Source: an uncultured Bacteroidales bacterium (GTDB lineage Bacteria; Bacteroidota; Bacteroidia; Bacteroidales; GWA2-32-17). From it: a stretch of DNA of 64,000 nucleotides. The translations under genes were made by a program, and so were the position numbers. The notes beneath the pieces were generated by a model that made no database searches, was not told the DNA's origin, and saw only the letters and a list, made by a program, of their open reading frames with translations. Shown here one piece after another: positions 1-8,294 of the stretch; position 1 is the stretch's first letter; each line of letters begins with the position of its first letter. The stretch is taken from positions 3,182-67,181 of the forward strand of contig CAYSIN010000003.1 in the NCBI GenBank assembly GCA_964431135.1, in the 5' to 3' direction.

Positions 1-1541
1 TTTGTGTTAAACAAAAACCAGTAGCGTTCATTACTTGGACGCTCTACTTCTATCATGGCATTGAGTGTAAGCCATGCTGAGCCTTTATTCAATGGCATAT
101 TTATGTTTAATGAATCGTTTTGGTGTTTCAAATAATGTAAAGAAAAATGCGATGCTGAGGGTGGTTCGCATAATAGCCATGCCATATTGGTATATGCTTG
201 CATCAATTCACTAAGTTTAACTTCACAACCACCCAATATCAATGATAAACCATAATAATCCTGCGATTGATTTATGGTAGTAAAGCCCATGTTCTTTAAA
301 AAATCCATGAAACGTTGAATGCCGAACCATTGCAACATTTTTACAGCAGGAACATTTAAAGAGCGTGACAGTGCAGCATGAGCCCTCACGGCTCCGTCAT
401 AACCTCGGTTAAAATTCTTTGGAGCATAATTTCCTATTTGTATGGGTACATCGGGAATAAGCATGTTGGGTAATAATTCTCCATATTCAAGCATGGCTGC
501 ATATAAAAATGGCTTTAGAATACTGCCTCCGCTGCGTTTAGATTCAATAGTATTCACATCAAATGCATCGCTAATATTTCCCTTCATTTTATAATTCCCA
601 ATATAGGTCAATACATTGCCTGTCCTTACTTCTACAATCATTATTCCTGCATTGCGAATGTGGTTGATATAATTTTCATGTTGATATCGCTGAAGTAAAA
701 GATACGCTTGCCGTTGAAAATGTTCATTTATAGTTGAATGGAAAATATGGTGGGAAGGGTATTTTTTTATTAAGTATTGCAACAGATGCGGTGCTTCATG
801 GGGAAAAGGTTTTGGACTGTCGGGAATTTCTTCTTCTATTGACATTTCATACATCTCTTTATCCATTATATGTAATTGATACAACTGTTTCAAAAGTTTG
901 TTACGATTTTTTTTCAACAGAATTCTGTTTTTTTGAAGATTAATATTGGCTGGATTATTGGGCATAATAGCAAGCAATGCACTTTCTGCCCAAGAGAGTG
1001 TGTGTGGAGAACGTGCAAAGTATCGCCATGATGCGGCTTCAATACCAACCACATTTCCACCAAAGGGTGCATTTTCTAAATACAGTTTTAAAATATCATC
1101 TTTGCTCATGATAAATTCAAGATACCAAGCCATACCTATTTCTTTAATTTTTTGCAGGTAGGTACGTTTACTGTTGTTGTAATACATGCGTGCTACCTGC
1201 ATGGTTACGGTACTTCCACCACTTACAATACGTTTATTTTTTATATTGAGTTCCGATGCCCGCAGTAACGCCATAATATCTACTCCATGATGAAGAAAAA
1301 AATGACGGTCTTCATATACTATTATGGCGGTTATCAATTTTTCAGGCAATAGGGTAGTGTCCATTTTAAAACGCCATTGCTCATCCTGAGAAACCTGTAT
1401 ATCCATTAACTCATGATTGGATGAATACAGCGTGTAACTGTATGGCTTGTTGAAGTGTATATCGTTAAGACTTATGCTTAGCAGCCATGTAAGTATAGCA
1501 ATTAATATAAGAATAATGACCCGTTTTTGCTTCTGCAACAT
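1..1541 (-). CDS. pbpC: Penicillin-binding protein 1C-like bifunctional transglycosylase/transpeptidase, N-terminal ~513 codons; the 3' end lies beyond the left window edge
   Basis: Absent from the ORF track because no stop codon is in the window. My translation of the minus strand from ATG (1541-1539) gives MLQKQKRVIILILIAILTWLL (membrane anchor). GT51 motifs YEDRHFFLHHGVD and GGSTVTMQVARM follow, then GGSILKPFLY (SxxK). The frame stays open down to position 3. The + strand ORFs 734-943 and 946-1161 are antisense shadows. Confidence 0.85.
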   Translation of the reverse strand, partial: MLQKQKRVIILILIAILTWLLSISLNDIHFNKPYSYTLYSSNHELMDIQVSQDEQWRFKMDTTLLPEKLITAIIVYEDRHFFLHHGVDIMALLRASELNIKNKRIVSGGSTVTMQVARMYYNNSKRTYLQKIKEIGMAWYLEFIMSKDDILKLYLENAPFGGNVVGIEAASWRYFARSPHTLSWAESALLAIMPNNPANINLQKNRILLKKNRNKLLKQLYQLHIMDKEMYEMSIEEEIPDSPKPFPHEAPHLLQYLIKKYPSHHIFHSTINEHFQRQAYLLLQRYQHENYINHIRNAGIMIVEVRTGNVLTYIGNYKMKGNISDAFDVNTIESKRSGGSILKPFLYAAMLEYGELLPNMLIPDVPIQIGNYAPKNFNRGYDGAVRAHAALSRSLNVPAVKMLQWFGIQRFMDFLKNMGFTTINQSQDYYGLSLILGGCEVKLSELMQAYTNMAWLLCEPPSASHFSLHYLKHQNDSLNINMPLNKGSAWLTLNAMIEVERPSNERYWFLFNT

Positions 1542-1626
1542 CTGTATTAATATATTTGCTTTATATGGAAAAGACTACGCAAAAATAAAAATAAAATGTA
1601 TAATTTGAATTTTGAAATTTGAATTT

Positions 1627-3219
1627 TTAATTCGTGATAGGAGGCAGGGGAGTACTTTCGGTAAGTTCTTTTCTATTTCCAAAGGCAAACAGAACATAAA
1701 ATAAAACGATAAATGTAACTCCTGCCTGCGTTTCGAGCATGTCTTCGTTCACAAAGGAAATCAAAGCAATGGAAAGAAATATCAACGACACGAATTTATT
1801 CCCATTCAAATTTTTAAAAAAAGGATATAAAAAGGAAAAACAAATCCACAAAAAGCCGAAAATGCCAAATGTTAATAAAAATGTCAGATATTGATTATGT
1901 GCCCGAAGCCAGTATTTTTTATCAAGAAGTTTTTTTTGCTGTGAATATTCCTGATTGAATGCCTGCTGTACATTGCCTGTGCCTACACCAAAAAAGAAAT
2001 GTTTTTTGATAATCGAAATAGCCGTTTGGGCATACACAATTCGTTGAATGAACGATTGTCCATTAGCATCTTTATAATTTCTATACGAATAAAACTCCCA
2101 TAAAAATTTATAGATAATGGTATAAATGGAAAATTGTTTTGTGTAGGTATAATTGGCTATACTGTTTTCAATAGCAGAAATATCTTCCTGTGAAAGTTGA
2201 GAAATACCTAGTGAATCTTTTGTTAATCCTTTGGAAGATAAATATCGAACCAGTGTATATTTCAAATCATTGTTTTTTTTGTCTTTATCATCATAAGGCA
2301 ATGTACTTCTATTGTTCCATTCCTTTCTCATTTCATCTTCCTGAATAAAAAACCATACACGTTCTCCATTTTCTACATCCTTATTTTCGGATAGAAAAGT
2401 ATAAGGATTACCGTTGGGAGTTTTTACGGTGGAGGATGGTGGTAAAAGTTCAGAGGCACTGATAAAACTATTCCATATATGTAATGTATAAAGGCAGAAA
2501 CTAATCAGTCCGGCAAGTATGATGGCTGTTCCTGCAATTTTGAACAATGGGCGTACTTTTTTTAAATAATAGAGGAATGATAAAATCAGCATTATGGCGA
2601 ATACAATTATTCCTGTGTTTGCTCTTATGATAAATAAAAGTAAAATAAGATAGACCGAAACTATTATCCACAGCAGTGTTGCTGTTTTTGATTTTTCTTT
2701 AACCTTGAATTGACTGGCAATAATAAAGATGGAAAATACAACCATCAATGAATAACGAATATGAGAAATAAAGGGGGATAATTCACGATAATCGGTTATG
2801 CCAAGTTGAACTCTAAAAATATAACGATATAAAATAATAAACGATACTACTGTAACCGACGCAACAAATGAGTATAAAATATATTTCAATTCCTTGTTTG
2901 ATATAGGTTTTGATGTTACTACGAGTAAAGGCAGTATAAATATGGGAAGTTTGATGCGTATATCGTTAAAGGCATAATGATAATCCTGAGGCGGGAAAAG
3001 CCAAATTAAATGAATAAAAAAGATAGAAATAAAAAGCAAGGCACTTTTGTGTTGCATCAATCGTTTCCATTTTGTTTTGAAATCGCCTTCCAGCAGCCAA
3101 TTTCCTAAAATAATAAATTGTGAGACACTCATCATAAAGACCGATGTGGGAACAGATGCCGCCAGTAATGCCAGACCAATAATGTAAATATAGGAATGTA
3201 TGTTACCTTTAAAAAGCAT
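1627..3219 (-). CDS. O-antigen ligase (Wzy_C/RfaL-like) family polytopic membrane protein
   Basis: 530 aa with many hydrophobic helices. It has the O-antigen-ligase-like signature WLRAHNQYLTFLLTFGIFGF and a large soluble loop in the middle (about residues 255-390). Confidence 0.7.
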   Translation of the reverse strand: MLFKGNIHSYIYIIGLALLAASVPTSVFMMSVSQFIILGNWLLEGDFKTKWKRLMQHKSALLFISIFFIHLIWLFPPQDYHYAFNDIRIKLPIFILPLLVVTSKPISNKELKYILYSFVASVTVVSFIILYRYIFRVQLGITDYRELSPFISHIRYSLMVVFSIFIIASQFKVKEKSKTATLLWIIVSVYLILLLFIIRANTGIIVFAIMLILSFLYYLKKVRPLFKIAGTAIILAGLISFCLYTLHIWNSFISASELLPPSSTVKTPNGNPYTFLSENKDVENGERVWFFIQEDEMRKEWNNRSTLPYDDKDKKNNDLKYTLVRYLSSKGLTKDSLGISQLSQEDISAIENSIANYTYTKQFSIYTIIYKFLWEFYSYRNYKDANGQSFIQRIVYAQTAISIIKKHFFFGVGTGNVQQAFNQEYSQQKKLLDKKYWLRAHNQYLTFLLTFGIFGFLWICFSFLYPFFKNLNGNKFVSLIFLSIALISFVNEDMLETQAGVTFIVLFYVLFAFGNRKELTESTPLPPITN

Positions 3220-3349
3220 AATGATTTTAACGGGAACAAAAATATTTTATTGCTACGTTTTAGCAATTGTTATTAACAAAATCTGGATGTATTAATAATG
3301 CTGAGTTTGGCGTGGTGTAATATGAATAATGATGGCTGTTTTATATCAA

Positions 3350-3413
3350 AACCGCTCACAAAAGAATGAAAATGTGCATCCTCGACGAGGACGAGGTAGG
3401 GCTACTTGCGGTT
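3350..3413 (+). repeat. Intergenic module R1+R2 (my labels), closed by inverted repeat AACCGC...GCGGTT
   Basis: The sequence is aaCCGCTCACAAAAGAATGAAAATGTGCATCCT..GAGGACGAGGTAG..GCGGTT. The 31-nt core matches the reverse complement of 51225-51255 at 28/31 positions (hand count). The 13-mer GAGGACGAGGTAG is identical to the reverse complement of 51202-51214. Confidence 0.8.
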
Positions 3414-3444
3414 AAAAGAATATCAGAATTCAAATATCAAATTT
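3408..3444 (+). repeat. Intergenic module R3 (GCGGTTA..AATATCAGAATTCAAAT..)
   Basis: Matches 49411-49447 in the same orientation at 32/37 positions (hand count). A related AATTCAAAT-rich stretch lies at 1597-1626 in the opposite orientation. Confidence 0.8.
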
Positions 3445-3493
3445 AAAATTTAGAAGAAAGCCATGGGAGCAATAGCCCATTTCCCAAATTCCT

Positions 3494-3517
3494 CCCCCTT
3501 TGAAGGGGGTAGGGGGA
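3494..3517 (+). repeat. Intergenic module R4, G/C hairpin CCCCCTTTGAAGGGGG followed by TAGGGGGA
   Basis: Matches 49340-49363 in the same orientation at 21/24 positions (hand count). CCCCC/GGGGG can form a 5-bp stem. Confidence 0.8.
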
Positions 3518-3558
3518 TGTCCTATCCCATTGTACACTTCCATATTCTTCCCCACTTA

Positions 3559-3595
3559 ATACCAAACCGCTCATAAAAGAATGAAATGAATGTTG
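3559..3595 (+). repeat. Intergenic module R1, second copy in this spacer (ATACCAAACCGCTCATAAAAGAATGAAATGAATGTTG)
   Basis: Matches 53170-53206 in the same orientation at 32/37 positions (hand count). It is a direct repeat of the R1 part at 3345-3372, about 210 nt upstream. Confidence 0.8.
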
Positions 3596-3628
3596 AGTTT
3601 CCTTACAAATGAACAAATCAACAACCAC

Positions 3629-3642
3629 TTTTTAAGGGACGA
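3629..3642 (+). repeat. Intergenic module R7 (TTTTTAAGGGACGA)
   Basis: Identical 14-mer at 34282-34295. Confidence 0.6.
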
Positions 3643-3758
3643 CTATTTACTTTCTGGTAATCAGAATAGAACGTTGATTCTCGGCAACGAACACCCGTAA
3701 CGTTATACCATTCGAAAACAATTTCGCTAATGTAGTGTTTTGTAAATGTTGTTGCGTA

Positions 3759-4097
3759 CTAAAGGGAAGCAACCTGCTTGTCGTAATTAACTTGGAAATC
3801 CAATCTTCCCATTTCGCTGTACCAACTCCATATTCCCTTGCGAAACCCCATGTAATAATTTCCCATGGTACGTATCTTTCCGCTTTCATACCAGTTTTTG
3901 TAAGTACCATGTTTAATTCCGTTTAAATATTCCTGTACAAATTTTATTTGTCCGTCGTTGTAATAGGCAACTTCTTTATGATTGGCATTAATTTGTGCTG
4001 TTGCAGATGAATCGGAATCGGTGGGATTGTTTTTTGGGGAAGTGTTGTTACAACCGAACAAACATAATAAAGCAATTAAGAAGTAAAATTTCTTCAT
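3759..4097 (-). CDS. MORN-repeat (YwqK-like) lipoprotein
   Basis: 112 aa with a signal peptide and lipobox (LLCLFGC). Repeated MORN-variant units are visible: YYNDGQIKFVQEY, NGIKHGTYKNWYESGKI, GFRKGIWSWYSEMG. Confidence 0.7.
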   Translation of the reverse strand: MKKFYFLIALLCLFGCNNTSPKNNPTDSDSSATAQINANHKEVAYYNDGQIKFVQEYLNGIKHGTYKNWYESGKIRTMGNYYMGFRKGIWSWYSEMGRLDFQVNYDKQVASL

Positions 4098-4281
4098 AAG
4101 TCTTCATTTTAGTTTTTCAAAAATAACACCTAATTTTTAAAATTCCAAAAAAATATTCTATTTTTTTTAACAATCTGAAATGCCTGTAAATATTGACATT
4201 TTTTAAATTTATAGATTGAATTGTTAATAAGTTTAAAAAAAAATTGTAACCTCAGCATCTTTTTACCGTAAAAAAAATTAA

Positions 4282-4620
4282 ATGAAAAAGATTTTAGCAG
4301 GCATATTCGTTTTATTTACCTTTCAGGTAAGTGCTCAATCAGCAGATACGTTGAAAGATTATAATAATGCAATACCCATTTTATTGAACACAACAGCCTT
4401 GTATGATAAACTTTCCGAAAAAATCATCATTTCAGCCGTTCAGGAAAATGAATATTACAAAATTGAACTGTTCGATATTACGGGTATTTCTATTTATACA
4501 GATAACTTATATTCCAGTGAAAAGAAATTGGAAATACCTGTGTGGCTAAAGCAAGGCATATATATACTAATTATGCGCAATGGACAAAATATAGTAACAC
4601 GGAAATTTCGTGTCAACTAA
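4282..4620 (+). CDS. Small secreted protein consisting almost only of a T9SS-type C-terminal sorting-like domain
   Basis: 112 aa. It has a signal peptide (..FQVSAQ) and a C-terminal pattern typical of T9SS type A CTDs (IELFDITG..., LKQGIYILIMRNGQNIVTRKFRVN). The usual PNP motif is missing. Confidence 0.55.
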   Translation: MKKILAGIFVLFTFQVSAQSADTLKDYNNAIPILLNTTALYDKLSEKIIISAVQENEYYKIELFDITGISIYTDNLYSSEKKLEIPVWLKQGIYILIMRNGQNIVTRKFRVN

Positions 4621-5789
4621 TCGTCCGATAAAATAGACTGATAAAAGGGAATCGATTTATAACTCACTATTTTTACTCCTTTGTAATAATGAGCGATAAT
4701 GTTACTATAGGAATACCCGCGTTTAGCCATTTGCATGGCACCATCCTGACACAAACCAACGCCGTGCCCAAAACCTTTACCAGAAATCAATAAACTGTCG
4801 CCTTCGGTTTTAAGATTGAAAAAAGTAGATTTGAGGTTAAAATATTCTCTAATTTTTCGTAACGAAATACTATCCTTTTCAATGTTATAAAAAGATTTTC
4901 TATTGGGTTGAACGAAGTTAAAAGCCGTATCGTTTGCCAGAGGGAAATCAATATTATTGGAAGTAAGAAAATTTTTCCATTCGACCATGGATATTTTCTT
5001 TTTCCAATAAATATTTCGTTGATATTTACAAAATGAATCGTTTACAGAACGCAGGTAATACTTATAACTTCCCCATACGTCTTCGGCATTCATGGTTTGA
5101 CCGCCGCAATTGGCATGGAATGGAGCATCAATCACTGAACCGGAAGTATCAACCATTACAAGGTCACGTGTATCGTTAACGGCTTTGGCAATAACTGCAT
5201 GATAAGAAAGACTGTAATTTTTTCCTTTGTATGCCTGACAGTGAACGCCGTCGCACAGATTAAACTGCTCGGCATAATGTTTTCCTAAATTTTCCAGTGT
5301 AAAGGTTCGGCAAAGAATGGCTTGTGTCTTGTAAAATTCTTCGCTTGCCTGATATCCGCTTTCACTTTCTACAACGCCGCAAATGTAATTTTCAAGACGT
5401 ACCAAATTGTTAAAACACAAACAGCCGTTTTTAGTTTTGATTTGCATATCGTCGTCATAATAGCGTTGCTGCATCGATGGAACGGTAGGCTTAAATTTTA
5501 AAACATTTACTTCTGAAATACCTTCAAATATAATTTTTTTGAAACGCAATATCTTGCCATCGCTTTTTTTTACTTCTACGGAATCATTTTTTGCTGTTAA
5601 TAACATTATATCGTTTTGAACCAGAGTCATAAGCAATACGGTATCTTCATAAACATTATAAGAACCCATATACACATTCATCACTACGGACGAGATGCGG
5701 TAATTATAGAAAACGGCAATATTTAATCGCTGAGCACTAAGAGTAGAGGCTATAATGATGAATAAAATAGAAAAATACAAAGACTTCAT
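4617..5789 (-). CDS. SpoIID/LytB domain protein (amidase enhancer-like)
   Basis: 390 aa with a signal peptide and motifs CDGVHCQAY, FHANCGGQT and GHGVGLCQDGA. Confidence 0.85.
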   Translation of the reverse strand: MKSLYFSILFIIIASTLSAQRLNIAVFYNYRISSVVMNVYMGSYNVYEDTVLLMTLVQNDIMLLTAKNDSVEVKKSDGKILRFKKIIFEGISEVNVLKFKPTVPSMQQRYYDDDMQIKTKNGCLCFNNLVRLENYICGVVESESGYQASEEFYKTQAILCRTFTLENLGKHYAEQFNLCDGVHCQAYKGKNYSLSYHAVIAKAVNDTRDLVMVDTSGSVIDAPFHANCGGQTMNAEDVWGSYKYYLRSVNDSFCKYQRNIYWKKKISMVEWKNFLTSNNIDFPLANDTAFNFVQPNRKSFYNIEKDSISLRKIREYFNLKSTFFNLKTEGDSLLISGKGFGHGVGLCQDGAMQMAKRGYSYSNIIAHYYKGVKIVSYKSIPFYQSILSDD

Positions 5790-5790
5790 C

Positions 5791-6912
5791 TCATGAGTTC
5801 TTTAACAGTTCAATCATTCGTTTGGCTATGCGTTCCGAAGAACCTTTTTCGCCAATTAAAGAGGATAAACGATGTTCATCATCCAAAATAATTTTTCTAT
5901 GCGAATCATCCAGTATTCGTTGAAGTTCAATGGTCAAGTTCTTTACGTTAAGTTCACGTTGAATTAGTTCGCGTACCGATTCTTTGTTTAAAATGAGATT
6001 GACCAGCGAAACGTATTTTACTTTTACCAGTTTTTTGGCGATGGCATAGGATAATGGATTTGTTTTATAACAAACCACTTGCGGAACGTGAAATAATGCT
6101 GTTTCAAGAGTCGCAGTGCCCGAAGTTACTATGGCTGCCGTAGCCTGATGTAATAATGAATATGTTTTGTCATATACAATATATACATTTTTTTGGTGAA
6201 TAAACTCTTCGTACAGCGATGCTGGCAAAAAAGACAAACCTGCAATTACAAAAGAATAATCATGGAACGATGAAACAGTATTGCAAATGACAGGCAATAT
6301 TTTTTTTATTTCCTGTACACGACTGCCGGGAAGTATGGCAACAATAGGCTTTGGAGGCAAAGAATTTTGCTGACAGAAGGACTCCAATGTTTCCGTATTT
6401 TCTAGTGCTTCGCCAATAGAATCGAGAATGGGATTTCCTTCATAGATAACGTCCACATCGTATTTTTTATAAAATTCTTTTTCGAATGGAAGAATGACAA
6501 ACATTTTATTTACGTATTTTTTAATTTGATATACGCGTGATGTTTGCCATGCCCATATTGTAGGAGAAATGTAGAAAAAAACTTTTATATGATGTTTAAA
6601 TGCGTATTTAGCAAGACGGAGATTGAAGCCGGGGAAATCAACTAAAATTAATACATCGGGATTGAATGAACGAATGTCCGAATAAGCGAATTTAAAATTG
6701 CGACGGATGGTATTCAGGTGAAAAAGTACCTCTACCAGTCCCATAAAGGCAAGGTCATGGATATGTTTTACCATTTCCACGCCGGCATTTTTCATAGCGT
6801 CGCCACCCCAGCCTCTAATAACGGCATGTTCGTCATGTTTTATAATACCCTTTACAAGGTTGGAAGCATGTATATCGCCCGATTTTTCGCCAGCAATAAT
6901 ATAATATTTCAC
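5791..6912 (-). CDS. lpxB: Lipid-A-disaccharide synthase
   Basis: 373 aa. The N-terminus YIIAGEKSGDIHASNLV and the overall pattern are typical of LpxB. The start codon is GTG, and the start overlaps the stop of the upstream gene by 4 nt. Confidence 0.9.
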   Translation of the reverse strand: MKYYIIAGEKSGDIHASNLVKGIIKHDEHAVIRGWGGDAMKNAGVEMVKHIHDLAFMGLVEVLFHLNTIRRNFKFAYSDIRSFNPDVLILVDFPGFNLRLAKYAFKHHIKVFFYISPTIWAWQTSRVYQIKKYVNKMFVILPFEKEFYKKYDVDVIYEGNPILDSIGEALENTETLESFCQQNSLPPKPIVAILPGSRVQEIKKILPVICNTVSSFHDYSFVIAGLSFLPASLYEEFIHQKNVYIVYDKTYSLLHQATAAIVTSGTATLETALFHVPQVVCYKTNPLSYAIAKKLVKVKYVSLVNLILNKESVRELIQRELNVKNLTIELQRILDDSHRKIILDDEHRLSSLIGEKGSSERIAKRMIELLKNS

Positions 6913-7214
6913 AACAGTGGAATAATAAAATTAATAAACAGTAAAAAAACACCCCATGTCAACATGCTTAAAATAATGCCCCGTACCGAAATATATAACT
7001 CTCGATTTAAAAAAAAGTAAAAACCTGGAAAATCGGCAATTAAACTGATACAAATTATTTTTGAAATAACCTGCATTTTGTAAGAAATAGCGATATAGTA
7101 ACTCAGTGAATAGTGTGATTTATCTAATGCATATATCAACAAAAATCCAAAGACGGGAAGTATCATTCCGACTGTCCAGCCTATCCACCATTTGTTCCAC
7201 TTGTTTTTATTCAT
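6909..7214 (-). CDS. Small membrane protein of unknown function (about 3 TM helices)
   Basis: I chose the start at the internal ATG (MNKNKWNKWWIGW...), which overlaps the surE stop in an ATGAATAA junction. The track start at 7244 would overlap surE by 38 nt. It lies between surE and lpxB in one co-directional block. Confidence 0.5.
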   Translation of the reverse strand: MNKNKWNKWWIGWTVGMILPVFGFLLIYALDKSHYSLSYYIAISYKMQVISKIICISLIADFPGFYFFLNRELYISVRGIILSMLTWGVFLLFINFIIPLL

Positions 7215-7986
7215 AATGCCACGAGGTAAAATGTTTAAATGCATGGTAAGCCGTTAAATCGGTATGAATAGGAACTACCGATGCATACCCATGTGTTAAT
7301 GCCCATTCGTCGGTATCGGTTGCGTTGGGTTCGTTATTATGAAAATCACCTGTCATCCAGTAATAGGGTTGCTGACTCGGGTCTATACGTTTTTCAAATT
7401 CTTCTTTCCATATACCCATGGCTTGACGTGCCAGTTTAATACCTTTAATTTTAGAAAACGGTAATTTTGGAATATTTACATTTAAACATACATTTGTAGG
7501 CAAACCGTGTGCAAGCACTTTTTCAATTATATTGATGGCTATTTTTTGTGAAGCCGAAAAATCAGGAAATTCCTGATAATCGAGTAAGGAGAACCCAATA
7601 GAAGGAATGCCGTTGAAACATGCTTCTATGACAGCACCCATAGTTCCAGAATATATAACACTGATAGATGAGTTGCTACCATGATTAAATCCAGAAACCA
7701 CCATAGCGGGTTTTTGTTCTACTACCTGATTTAATGCCAGTTTTACACAATCTACTGGTGTGCCGGTGCACGAATATAGAGTGATATTTTTTTCTTCACT
7801 TATGCGTTTTAAACGTATGGGTAAACTCATGGTAATGGAATGCGATTTTCCGGATTCTCCTTTTTCGGGTGCAACCACGACCACACGACCATAAGGTTTT
7901 ATTACTTCTATCAATGCGTTTAAACCCGAAGCCCAATAGCCATCGTCGTTGGTAATTAAAATTAAACGCTCTTTATTTTTCAACAT
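7207..7986 (-). CDS. surE: 5'/3'-nucleotidase SurE
   Basis: 259 aa. The N-terminal motif ILITNDDGYWASGLNAL and the motifs GFNHGSN and YSGTMGA are present. Confidence 0.92.
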   Translation of the reverse strand: MLKNKERLILITNDDGYWASGLNALIEVIKPYGRVVVVAPEKGESGKSHSITMSLPIRLKRISEEKNITLYSCTGTPVDCVKLALNQVVEQKPAMVVSGFNHGSNSSISVIYSGTMGAVIEACFNGIPSIGFSLLDYQEFPDFSASQKIAINIIEKVLAHGLPTNVCLNVNIPKLPFSKIKGIKLARQAMGIWKEEFEKRIDPSQQPYYWMTGDFHNNEPNATDTDEWALTHGYASVVPIHTDLTAYHAFKHFTSWHYE

Positions 7987-7998
7987 TATTTTTTAGGG

Positions 7999-8006
7999 CA
8001 AAGATA
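7999..8006 (-). promoter_or_regulatory. Candidate Bacteroidota -7 promoter box (TATCTTTG) for the surE-lpxB block
   Basis: The minus strand reads TATCTTTG, which matches TAnnTTTG, 12 nt upstream of the surE ATG. It is the same octamer as the tmRNA promoter candidate. I saw no clean TTTG -33 element. Confidence 0.35.
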
Positions 8007-8119
8007 CACGACAATTTTTAAATTTTTTGTAATTATTTAAATCTCCATGTAATATTACTATGGTGGAATACAAATTCTTGTATTTCTATCATGATTACAT
8101 TAGGTTTGTAAAAACAATT

Positions 8120-8239
8120 ATGACATTATTTCAAAACAAATATCGTATAGAGACAACTCGATTACAAGGGTATGATTATTCACAACCGGGTGGTTATTTT
8201 ATATCCTTAGTCACGTTTAATCGTGCTTGTTTGTTTGGT
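8120..8239 (+). pseudogene. Truncated N-terminal remnant of an IS200-like / REP-associated tyrosine transposase (RAYT-like)
   Basis: MTLFQNKYRIETTRLQGYDYSQPGGYFISLVTFNRACLFG matches the conserved N-terminus I recall for about 180-aa Bacteroidota RAYT-like transposases (FQNKYRI.S.RL..WDY...G.YF.T.CT.NR...FG). The similarity stops after about 40 aa, no HUH motif follows, and the reading frame runs into a terminator hairpin. Confidence 0.6.
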
Positions 8240-8241
8240 AT

Positions 8242-8278
8242 AAAAAAAGGCTGTTCCTTTTGGGAGCAGCCCTTTTTA
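8242..8278. terminator. Bidirectional rho-independent terminator downstream of hydA
   Basis: The sequence is AAAAAAA-GGCTGTTCC-ttttg-GGAGCAGCC-CTTTTTATT, a 9-bp stem with one G-U pair. It is flanked by an A-run and a T-run, 17 nt beyond the hydA stop (8295). Confidence 0.6.
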
Positions 8279-8294
8279 TTATATAAGCGAAACA

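Noticed and set aside
3443-3628. 61-aa minus-strand ORF in spacer A (contains ..SPYPLQRGR..)
   Set aside because: It is assembled from the repeat modules R4 and R1, with the G/C hairpin read as PLQRG. It has no start context and no protein-like features.
3759-4097. Toxin-antitoxin reading of the YwqK-like MORN protein
   Set aside because: The protein has a lipoprotein signal peptide and no adjacent toxin-like gene. The YwqK antitoxin label is a family name only.
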